DNA of 64,000 bases, taken from NCBI GenBank assembly GCA_963704165.1, contig CAVPHD010000002.1:72180-136179 (forward strand), read 5' to 3'. The notes under the pieces were generated by a model. That model saw nothing but the letters and a program-made list of their open reading frames with translations. It was not told the origin of the DNA and ran no database searches. Positions 33,054-41,305 of the stretch are shown here, one piece after another. Both the position numbers and the translations under genes were made by a program. The DNA comes from an uncultured delta proteobacterium. Lineage in GTDB: Bacteria > Myxococcota_A > UBA9160 > SZUA-336. Each line of letters starts with the position of its first letter. The stretch's first letter is position 1.

Positions 33054-33299
33054 GCAGGACGGCGCGAACGAATCGTTCAACGGGAAGTTCCGAGACGAGT
33101 GTCTCGGCGTGCAGTGGTTCAAGAATCGGATCGACGCAAAGATCCTGATCGAGGACTGGCGACAGGGGTTCAACAGCGAGAGACCGCACTCGGGCCTCGG
33201 CAACCGGACGCCCGAGGAGTTCGCGAGATCGGTTTCGATCCAACGCCTTGAGAAGGCTGCTTCTTAGGATCGGATGGTCCGACGAAACGCAGCAGGTCA
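33054..33299 (+). mobile_element. IS3 (IS407-like) 3' fragment, inverted near-copy of ~38783-39025
   Basis: NESFNGKFRDECL...HSGLGNRTPEEF plus IR ending cagcaggtca. Confidence 0.9.
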
Positions 33300-33357
33300 G
33301 CTGCGCTTGCTGCCGCTTCTCGTCGGTATCGCGGCTGCGCTCCGGCGTGCCTGCCGG

Positions 33358-34158
33358 TCAAGAACGTCGCGAGAGCCGATGCCGGAGGATCCAGAGCGCG
33401 AGCAGCTCGGGCCGGCTGCGCACTCGATAACGCCGGTACAACGCCTTCACGTACTGGTGCATCGTGTGCGGGCTCAGCCCCAGACGGTCCGCCACCTCCT
33501 TCTCCGATAGCCCCTCGACCATGGCAGAGAGCGTCTGCTCGAGACGCGGCGAGAGCGGCACGGGATCGTGGCTATCGGAGCCCGCCAGTTCGTACCCGAT
33601 CATCGGGACGAGTTCGCGATGCAGGAGATCGAGCACCTTCAGGTCGCGCTCGGTCCACGGCCGGTCTCCCAGCCGGCGATGTGCCACCACCGTGTCGAAG
33701 TGCCCGTCCGCCGTCTCGTGGAACGAGCACAGCGAATCGTCGAGGTGCAGTGGTACCAGGTAGTCGTGGTAGTAGGCGGATCCGTAGTGATCCGTATCGG
33801 AGATGATCTGCCTGCGGAACGCCGTCCGGTGCGGCGGCTCGAAGTCCTCGAGAAACCGGTTCATGTTGGGATCGGCCTTGGGTCCCACCCGCGCCATGTA
33901 CTCGAGCCAGCGCCTGCGCGAGGACTCACAGTCCCAGCCGTGGTCGACGACCAGGCTCGGCTGGATCGTGCGAGCGGGTAGGGGGAAGCGCCCCGCGCCG
34001 ATGATGCCGAGAAGGTCTCCGAGCAGGCGGTCCATGCCGTCGAGAAGGTGACGGCGCCAGAGAAACGCATCGGCCCCGAGCTCCCGGCACTCACCGACCA
34101 GCCGGAAGATCTCGCGGCAGTCGTGCGCGCTGATCAGGGCGGACTTGGACACGGCCAT
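33358..34158 (-). CDS. LuxR-family HTH transcriptional regulator
   Basis: C-terminal LSPRLEQTL..EGLSEKEVADRLGLSPHT..QYVK.LYR. Confidence 0.88.
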   Translation of the reverse strand: MAVSKSALISAHDCREIFRLVGECRELGADAFLWRRHLLDGMDRLLGDLLGIIGAGRFPLPARTIQPSLVVDHGWDCESSRRRWLEYMARVGPKADPNMNRFLEDFEPPHRTAFRRQIISDTDHYGSAYYHDYLVPLHLDDSLCSFHETADGHFDTVVAHRRLGDRPWTERDLKVLDLLHRELVPMIGYELAGSDSHDPVPLSPRLEQTLSAMVEGLSEKEVADRLGLSPHTMHQYVKALYRRYRVRSRPELLALWILRHRLSRRS

Positions 34159-34355
34159 CCACCTTCCCTCCCAGCACCCTACGCCTTCCGGAAGGCGGCT
34201 ACCACTTTCTCCCCGGCATCGCCCCCCGTTCAGGGGAATTGTCGCCCGCGTGCCGTTCTCTGAAGGTGTCCGCACGCAAGCGGATCGAGGACTGCTTGGA
34301 CTGCGTTGCGCCGTCGAAGCCAAGAGCGCGACGTACTCACCAGAGGGGAGATGTT

Positions 34356-36500
34356 GTGGACCGCAATCGAACGAGTGAACGATCGACTCTCGCGACCTGG
34401 GCCGCGCTTGCCTGCCTCATCACAGCTACGGTGGGCACGAGCACAAGCCTGCCCGCCTCCGCGCAGACTACGGACGCAAGAGTTAAGGTGCTCGCCTACC
34501 CGTTCGGGGACCAGCCCTCCCGGGTCGTCACAGAGTTCTACAAGGGACCGGGCACTTGGAGCAGCACCGTCTCGGACATCCAGGCCGGTACCCAGCCCAC
34601 CGGCAGCTGGAGCTTCAGCGGCTCGAGCACCGTCGACATGATTGGGGCTGCCGTACAACCCCATGTCACCGTTGGCACATCGATGTTGACGAGCTGGAGT
34701 GGATCGAGCTCGGCCCCGATTATCAACTCCATCCCCGCGAGCTTCGGGAGAGGCCTTCTGGGTTACGGTGCTCGAGTCCAGCCTGTGGCGGGATCGACGG
34801 TACCCTCCTGGGTGACTGGAATCCCGGTCAACATGGCGGGCGTGGTCTCGGCCGAAATCGAAATCGAGGCGCTCAATCCTTTGCTGTGCGGCGTTGCAAA
34901 TGCCGAGGCTTACGCGGTATTTCGCGACGCCGAGTCCGGTGCCGCAGTGGGCTCTCAAGTCCAGATCGGTACTTACCCGCTCACGACCGAGGCGGTGAGC
35001 GACAGCTTCGCGCTGTCGCTCACCGTGACATTCCCAATCTTCCAGCGCTCAGGTTTTATCAACGTCGGGCTGTACGCCGAGGCTTCCAACTCATTGCAGC
35101 ACGCGAGCTGCAACGGAAGCGTAGGCGTCTACGCCAATGCGGACCCCGTCATCTCGTTCGACCAGGCCGCCTTCGATGCGCTCGCCGCCTCGCTAGGCGA
35201 GCAGACCTTCTCTCTCGCATCCGTCTACGAGATCGTCCTGCCCCCGGGCCTGGGGAATGGCCCCGCCGTCTGCGGCAATGGCACGTTGGACGCGGGCGAA
35301 GAGTGCGACGACGGAAACCTCGAAGCGGGCGATGGCTGCCGGCCCGACTGCACGGAAGAGCTCTGCGGCGACGGCATCCCGGACCCCCAGGAGCAGTGCG
35401 ACGACGGGAACGACATTTCGGGAGACGGGTGTCAGGCGAACTGTTCGGGTCCGCGCTGCGGTGACTCGTACCTCGACGTGTTCCGCGGGGAGCAGTGCGA
35501 CGACGGCAACCTGATCTCGGGCGACGGCTGCTCCGAGACCTGCGGGGCGGAGATCTGCGGCAACGCGATCGTCGATGCGGGCGAGCAGTGCGATGACGGC
35601 AACACCGGGGCGGGCGACGGCTGCCGGCCCGACTGTACGGAGGAGCTCTGCGGCGACGGCCTGCACGACCCGCAGGAGACCTGCGACGACGCAAACAACG
35701 ACCCGGGCGACGGCTGTCGGCCCGACTGCACGGAAGAGCTCTGCGGCGACGGCATCCCGGACCCCCAGGAGCAGTGCGACGACGGGAACGCCATCTCGGG
35801 CGACGGTTGCCAGGCGGGTTGCGTGCTTCCGATGTGCGGCGATGGCGTGATCGACACCGGTGAGGAGTGCGACGACGGCAACCGGACGGGCAACGATGGC
35901 TGCTCGGCCAGCTGCGTGGCGGAGGTGTGCGGGAACGGGATCCTGGATCCCGCCGAGGCCTGCGACGACGGGAACACCGATCCGGGCGACGGCTGCCGCG
36001 GCAACTGCAGCGTCGAGGAGTGCGGAGACGGCACTGTCGATCTCCAGGAGCAGTGTGATGACGGGAACCTGGTGTCCGGGGATGGCTGCTCGGAGACCTG
36101 CACCATCGAGACGGCGACCGGGGGCGACGGCTGCCGGCCGCGCTTCTGGAGGCGGGCAGACGAGTCGTGGCCGGGACCGTACGCGCCACACACCCCCTTT
36201 GCCTCTGTGTTCGAGGATGCGTTCCCGGGCAAGACGCTCGGCCAGGTGCTGCGCCAGCGCGGCGGTGGGCTGCGGGCGCTGGGCCGCCAGACCGTCGCAG
36301 CGCTGCTCAACGCGGCGTCACCGGAAGTGAGCTACGACCTCTCGGCGGCCGAGGTGGTGTCGAGCTTCAACGGGGCGTACCCGGGGACCAAGCCGGCCTA
36401 CCGGACACTCAAGTTCAACTTCCGCAAGCTGAACAAGCAGGGCTGTCCGCTCGTGCCGCTCGACGACGACTGGTGCGAGGACGACGAGGAGGACGATTAG
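34356..36500 (+). CDS. Secreted protein with 9 Myxococcus Cys-rich repeats (DUF4215/TIGR02232)
   Basis: Nine CGxG....EECDDGN...GDGC units; signal-like N-terminus; RBS GAGGGGAG. Confidence 0.88.
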   Translation: MDRNRTSERSTLATWAALACLITATVGTSTSLPASAQTTDARVKVLAYPFGDQPSRVVTEFYKGPGTWSSTVSDIQAGTQPTGSWSFSGSSTVDMIGAAVQPHVTVGTSMLTSWSGSSSAPIINSIPASFGRGLLGYGARVQPVAGSTVPSWVTGIPVNMAGVVSAEIEIEALNPLLCGVANAEAYAVFRDAESGAAVGSQVQIGTYPLTTEAVSDSFALSLTVTFPIFQRSGFINVGLYAEASNSLQHASCNGSVGVYANADPVISFDQAAFDALAASLGEQTFSLASVYEIVLPPGLGNGPAVCGNGTLDAGEECDDGNLEAGDGCRPDCTEELCGDGIPDPQEQCDDGNDISGDGCQANCSGPRCGDSYLDVFRGEQCDDGNLISGDGCSETCGAEICGNAIVDAGEQCDDGNTGAGDGCRPDCTEELCGDGLHDPQETCDDANNDPGDGCRPDCTEELCGDGIPDPQEQCDDGNAISGDGCQAGCVLPMCGDGVIDTGEECDDGNRTGNDGCSASCVAEVCGNGILDPAEACDDGNTDPGDGCRGNCSVEECGDGTVDLQEQCDDGNLVSGDGCSETCTIETATGGDGCRPRFWRRADESWPGPYAPHTPFASVFEDAFPGKTLGQVLRQRGGGLRALGRQTVAALLNAASPEVSYDLSAAEVVSSFNGAYPGTKPAYRTLKFNFRKLNKQGCPLVPLDDDWCEDDEEDD

Positions 36501-36731
36501 CCGGAGGCTGTCAACGAGTTGCTCCTCGCCCCATCCAGCCGTCCACGGAGCGGCGGACCACGTCGAGAATCACGGGGCGACGACGGCCAGTTCTTCGACT
36601 CGACGCAGCCGTAGCGGGGGACACGCCGTCAGGAGCGGAACTCGAGGATCACACCGAAGCGACGGGGAACGCGCAGGAAGCCGTCGCGCCGATCGCAGGG
36701 TCGCGGATGAGGCTATGCCGGTACACCTCGT

Positions 36732-36845
36732 CCGCCTCAGAGGGCAGATCGTCGGCTTAGGCGTCCGCTTCTACACCGATGAAAGAGGTTACAGAACGCC
36801 CGTTGCCGGAACTCCGGGGTGGAATCGCGCATGTTTCTCCTATCC
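36732..36845 (+). mobile_element. IS91/ISCR-like right end with oriIS, copy B
   Basis: Aligns in inverted orientation with 38053-38167; ends gcgcatgtttctcctatcc. Confidence 0.65.
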
Positions 36846-36847
36846 TC

Positions 36848-36883
36848 GTTCTCCACAAGGTTCGCCACATGGTTCTCCGCACG
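36848..36883 (+). repeat. Three tandem 12-bp repeats (candidate integrase arm-type sites)
   Basis: gttctccacaag / gttcgccacatg / gttctccgcacg. Confidence 0.6.
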
Positions 36884-36935
36884 GCGAATCCGCCGCAGTA
36901 CCCATGCTCCACCAAGTTTGCGATTCTGCGCTCGA

Positions 36936-37012
36936 GTCCCCGTAGCTCAGATGGATAGAGCGGCTGCCTCCTAAGCAGCAGGTCGTGCGTTCGAATCGCG
37001 CCGGGGACGCCA
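36936..37012 (+). tRNA. tRNA-Arg (anticodon CCT)
   Basis: GTCCCCG/CGGGGAC acceptor stem, GCTC/GAGC D-stem, GCTGC-CTCCTAA-GCAGC, TTCGAAT T-loop, encoded CCA. Confidence 0.97.
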
Positions 37013-37071
37013 GCAAGTTCGCGGTTACACCGAACTGCGTTCACTCGGCGGCACCGCGCGGGCCCTTGCTA

Positions 37072-37290
37072 TTAGTGGCCGGCGCCTTTGGCCGCAGCCT
37101 GAGCCTGCGCCATCCGCTTCGCCACTTCCGCCTTCACGGCTTCGAGATCGAAGGACGCACCCTTCTGCATCGGCGGATAGTCGAGGAAGGTCTGAAGCTC
37201 CTTCCCCACGACCTCCTGGACGAAGACGAAACGCCAGACGTTGTAGACGCAGAAGCTGCCGAAGTATGCTTGCGTCCCGTCCTTGGTTCC
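37072..37290 (-). pseudogene. C-terminal fragment resembling an arylsulfatase
   Basis: WRFVFVQ...QTFLDYPPMQKGASFDL. Confidence 0.5.
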
Positions 37291-37299
37291 GTTGTTCGG

Positions 37300-37389
37300 C
37301 CAGCGCATGCCGCTTACGAGCAGATCTACTATTCGTCGCTGGTGCCGCGCACCTACCTCTGCGCCCGTCTGATGGAGACGCTCGACTGA
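37300..37389 (+). pseudogene. C-terminal fragment resembling an M20 peptidase
   Basis: AHAAYEQIYYSSLVPRTYL..RLMETLD*, with its stop overlapping the GST ATG. Confidence 0.5.
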
Positions 37390-38009
37390 TGGCCACGCTC
37401 TACCATGTGCCCACCTCACGATCGCTGCGCGTGCTGTGGGCCTTGGAAGAAATCGGCGCTACCGTCGAGGTGAAGTCGCTGGGTGCTCGGCCGCGGCTGC
37501 AGGAGCCCGAGTATCTCGCGATCAACCCGGCCGGCACACTGCCCGCCCTGATCGATGGCGACCGGGCGATCTACGAGTCCCTGGCGATCTGCGAATACCT
37601 GGCGGCCCAGCACGGTTCCGATCTGATCGTGGCACCGGGCGATCCGGAGCGGCCGGAATTCGTGCAATGGCTGTTGTTTGGCGAAGCGACGCTGCAGGCG
37701 CCGCTCTCGGTGATGGCGCGCGTCGGCCGCATCCGGAACAAGACGCCGGAGATGCAGGCCGGAATCGACGCCGTGCTTGCCGACGCCCGCCACTCGCTCT
37801 CGATGCGGCTCAAGCTGCTCGAGCAGCGGCTGGAAGGCCGTGAGTTCCTGGTGGCGGGGCGGATGACGCTCGCCGACATCTCGGTCGGCTATCCACTCAA
37901 CAACTTGGGGAAGCCGCACTTCGCCTCGCTGCTCGGTCCACGGGCCGCCGCCTACCGCGAGCGCCTGCTCGCCAGGCCGGCGTTCCAGCGCGCCACAGCC
38001 ATTCCCTAG
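37389..38009 (+). CDS. Glutathione S-transferase family protein
   Basis: SRSLRVLWALEE, INPAGTLPAL, ESLAICEYL, TLADI, RPAFQRA. Confidence 0.92.
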   Translation: MATLYHVPTSRSLRVLWALEEIGATVEVKSLGARPRLQEPEYLAINPAGTLPALIDGDRAIYESLAICEYLAAQHGSDLIVAPGDPERPEFVQWLLFGEATLQAPLSVMARVGRIRNKTPEMQAGIDAVLADARHSLSMRLKLLEQRLEGREFLVAGRMTLADISVGYPLNNLGKPHFASLLGPRAAAYRERLLARPAFQRATAIP

Positions 38010-38052
38010 TCTCGGTTAGGCAAGCTCTGCCGTGACGGCGCGTGCGGCGTGC

Positions 38053-38500
38053 GGATAGGAAGTACAAGCGCGATTCTGCCGCGGGACTTCCCCGGAAAGG
38101 GGTGTTTCTCAACATCCGACATCGGTGCAGAAGCGGGCGCCTGAGGCGGCGATCTGGCCTCTGGGCGGCCTCTGGGCGGGCGGCCTCTGAGCGGGGGGAT
38201 TCGAGCGGCCGGGCTGCGCGCTGGGTGGGGCGAACGCGGCGGGCCGGGGTCGCCGATTGGGGAGCGCGCTCGGGCTGCGCGGATCCCGTGGCGCGGGTCA
38301 GTCGGTGGGTGGCTCGGTGGTGTCGTCGGCCGGGCCTGCGAGCTCGAAGTCGGGGTCGCAGAAGAGCTCGGCTTGACGGGCCGGGGCGGTTGGGGGCGCG
38401 CGACTCGCGAGTCCGAGCGAGCCTAGGATCGCGGCGGCGATCTCGGGCTGCTCGATCGCGGCGATCACGCGCAGGCCCTCCCCGCGCCACGCCCCGCAAC
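38053..38500 (-). mobile_element. IS91/ISCR-like remnant: transposase C-terminus (38298-38500) plus oriIS, copy C
   Basis: PRCG..LRVIAAIEQPEIAAAILGSLGL.SRAPP.APAR; end gcgcttgtacttcctatcc resembles ISCR oriIS. Confidence 0.72.
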
Positions 38501-38532
38501 GCGGACCGATCGAGCTTCCGCCGTAGGCGCTC

Positions 38533-38632
38533 CGTGGCGCGAAACGTGGCGCGAACTCGGGGACACAGGGCGATACAGGGCGCTACAGCGCGACACTAAC
38601 TCCGCGCGCTGTTGCGTTCCGTGTCGCGCTGT
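38533..38632. repeat. att-like repeat array: 2x12-mer, 4x10-mer and a 12-bp inverted repeat
   Basis: cgtggcgcgaa(a/c) x2; ggacacaggg cgatacaggg cgctacagcg cgacactaac; acagcgcgacac / gtgtcgcgctgt. Confidence 0.7.
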
Positions 38633-38648
38633 TTCGCTTGGCGGTGCT

Positions 38649-38693
38649 CTCGTAAGCAGCAGGTCATGCGTTCGAATCGCATCGGGGACGCTA
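38649..38693 (+). pseudogene. Displaced 3' half of tRNA-Arg (attR-type scar)
   Basis: ctcgtaagcagcaggtcatgcgttcgaatcgcatcggggacgcta versus the tRNA 3' half. Confidence 0.88.
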
Positions 38694-38782
38694 GCGTGGC
38701 ACTCGACGCCGCCGGAAGTCGGTCGGGCCGCGATTTCGCTCTACTCGTCGGCCGCCTCGTTGCCGGGTAATTCATGAACTCC

Positions 38783-39989
38783 TGACCTGCTGCATTTCGT
38801 CGGACCATCCGATCCTAGAAAACAGTCTTCTCAAGGCGTTGGATCGAAACCGATCTCGCGAACTCCTCGGGCGTCCGGTTGCCGAGGCTCGAGTGCGGTC
38901 TCTCGCTGTTGAACTCCTGTCGCCAGTCCTCGATCAGGATCTTGGCATCGATCCGATTCTTGAACCACTGCATGCCGAGACACTCGTCTCGGAACTTCCC
39001 GTTGAACGATTCGTTCGCGCCGTTCTGCCAGGGCTTCCCCGGATCGATCAGCGCCGTCTCGATCTCCGACTTCGCCAGCCATTGCAGAACCGCCCGCGAG
39101 ACGAACTCGGGCCCGTTGTCCGAACGCATGTGACGCGGCGCTCCGCGCACGCTCACGAGCTTCGAGAGGACGTCGATCACGCGCCCGGATCGGATGCTGC
39201 CTGCCACGTCGATCGCCAGGCACTCGCGCGTGTACTCATCGATCACCGTCAGGCACTTCAGCTGCTGTCCGTTCGCGCACGCATCGAACACGAAGTCGTA
39301 GGCCCACACGTGATTCGCGCCGGTCGATGGAATCGGCCGCGGTCGGTTCGTCGCAGCTCGCCGCCGCGGCCGCTTCCGCGGCACCTGCAGCCCCGCACGA
39401 CGCCAGATGCGATGCGCGCGGTCCGCGCTCATCACGATCCCGCGCCGCGCGAGGTAGACCAGGATGCGGCGATAGCCGAAGCGCGGATACTGCGCGGAGA
39501 GCTCCCGCATCGCCGCCACGATCGGCACGTCACGCTGCTCGAGCGTCGACTCGTATCCCATCGTCGATCGCGCCACCGAGAACAGCGCGCACGCCCTGCG
39601 AAGCGACACGCCGCGACGTTGCACGTACGCGACCTGCTCCCGTCGAACGCACGCGCTCACCATTTTTTTGCGGCGACCTCGCGCATCACCTCGATCTCGA
39701 GGTCGCGCTCCGCCACCAGCTTCTTCAGCTTCAGGTTCTCGTGCTCGAGCTGCCGCAGCCGCTTCACGTCCGCCGCCTCGAGCTTCCCGAACCGCTTGCG
39801 CCAGGCGTAGATCGTCTGGTCGCTGATCCCATGCTTCTTGGCGACCTCGCCGATCGGGTTCCGATCCGCTTCCCGCAGGATCTTCACCATCTGCTCTTCG
39901 CTGAACTTGCTCTTCTTCATCGCTCCCTCTTTGCCCGAGGAAGCCATTTTCGCAGGATTCAAACGGTCCGGAATTCGCCCAGCAATTCA
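38783..39989 (-). mobile_element. IS3-family (IS407 group) element, apparently complete; orfA 39657-39920, orfB 38815-39660
   Basis: MKKSKFSEEQ; A7 slippery run at the orfA/B junction; DDE motifs WAYDF, SDNGPEF, ESFNG; imperfect TG..CA IRs. Confidence 0.93.
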
Positions 39990-40017
39990 CCCGATCGCCG
40001 CTGGTATGGTTGCGCCC

Positions 40018-41094
40018 ATGCCCAAGAACCAAACCCTGCTCCCATTGCTTCCCCAACCTGAGGGCCTTGCCTGGCCGACCGACGCGTGGCCCGTGGGTGA
40101 GCTCGATGCGCGCGCGGATCGCGAAGCGCTCGAGCAGTTGCTCGAGCACGCCTTCAGCCTGCCCGAGCCCGAGGACCTCGAGCGCACACATGCGATCGTC
40201 GCGGTTCAGCGCGGTCGGCTCGTGGCCGAGCGCTACGCCCACGACGTCGCACCCGAAGACACGTTTCTGTCCTGGTCGATGGCGAAGAGCGTCACGAACG
40301 CGCTGGTCGGAATCCTGGTGCGGCAGGGCAAGCTCGAGATCTCGCAGCCGATCCCGGTGAAGGAGTGGCCCGAGGGCGACCGGCGCCGACGCATCACCAT
40401 CGACCAGCTTCTCCGCATGGTCGATGGCCTGCGCTTTCGAGAAGCCGAGGACCTGGGCGGCGGCTCCGTCCGCTACTACCCCGAGGACGAATCCGACGTG
40501 GTCCCCATGCTGTTCGGCGCGGGGAAGAACGACGTGGCGGCCTTCGCAGCGACACTTCCCTATGTCGCCGAGCCCGAGACGCGCTGGAACTACAACAGCG
40601 GCGCCAGCAACCTGCTCAGTCGCCTGGTCTCGGACACCGTCGGTGGCGGCGAAGCGGGAATGCGCGAGTTCATGGCGCGCGAGCTCTTCGAGCCGCTCGG
40701 CATGAAGACCGCGACGCCGCGCTTCGACGCGGCGGGACACTTCATCGGCTCGAGCCACCTCTACGCGAGCGCCCGCGACTTCGCGCGCTTCGGCTACCTG
40801 TACCTGCGCGACGGCGTGTGGGACGGCCGGCGCATCCTCCCCGAGGGCTGGGTGGACTACAGCCGCACAGCTTCACCCGTTGCGCCGCAGGGCTCGTACG
40901 GTGCGCACTTCTGGGTGATTCCCGGCAGTCTCGGGCTGTTCAGCTGTCAGGGCGCCTGGGGCCAACGCATCATGATCAGCCCGCGACTCGACCTGGTCGT
41001 CGTCCGTCTCGGGAAGACCTCCCCGCACAAAGTCGGCGCGGCGGTCCAGCAGTGCAAAAGGCTGGTGGACGTGTTCCGCGCTACGTCGAGCTGA
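40018..41094 (+). CDS. Serine hydrolase, beta-lactamase family
   Basis: SWSMAKS (SxxK), YNS, LFEPLGM, DFARFG. Confidence 0.9.
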   Translation: MPKNQTLLPLLPQPEGLAWPTDAWPVGELDARADREALEQLLEHAFSLPEPEDLERTHAIVAVQRGRLVAERYAHDVAPEDTFLSWSMAKSVTNALVGILVRQGKLEISQPIPVKEWPEGDRRRRITIDQLLRMVDGLRFREAEDLGGGSVRYYPEDESDVVPMLFGAGKNDVAAFAATLPYVAEPETRWNYNSGASNLLSRLVSDTVGGGEAGMREFMARELFEPLGMKTATPRFDAAGHFIGSSHLYASARDFARFGYLYLRDGVWDGRRILPEGWVDYSRTASPVAPQGSYGAHFWVIPGSLGLFSCQGAWGQRIMISPRLDLVVVRLGKTSPHKVGAAVQQCKRLVDVFRATSS

Positions 41095-41305
41095 TGTCCG
41101 TCCCCTCCGGTGCTCGAAGCGACCTTCAGTAGTCGTCGCCCTTCGGATCGAGGACGATGATGCCCGCGAGGAGGTCGAAGATTCGATTCGGAATGTACAT
41201 GAGCACCGGGTGCCTCTTTGGCCGCGGCGGGCGCGGTCAGCTCGAGCGCTGGAACACACGCTAGTGTCGGCGCCCCCGGAGGGCGGTCCGCGCTATGCTC
41301 GCGCG

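Noticed and set aside
35270..36110. Regularly spaced repeats suggestive of a CRISPR array
   Set aside because: They are in-frame Cys-rich protein repeats with synonymous variation; no cas genes are present.
38156..38192. ggcctctgggc tandem repeats as a separate element
   Set aside because: A local expansion within the IS91-like right end.
38613..38693. Possible second complete tRNA (anticodon CGT)
   Set aside because: No D-arm and no proper 7-bp acceptor stem; only the 3' half matches.
41126..41200. Short minus-strand ORF MYIPNRIFDLLAGIIVLDPKGDDY
   Set aside because: Looks protein-like but is only 24 aa with no family I can support.
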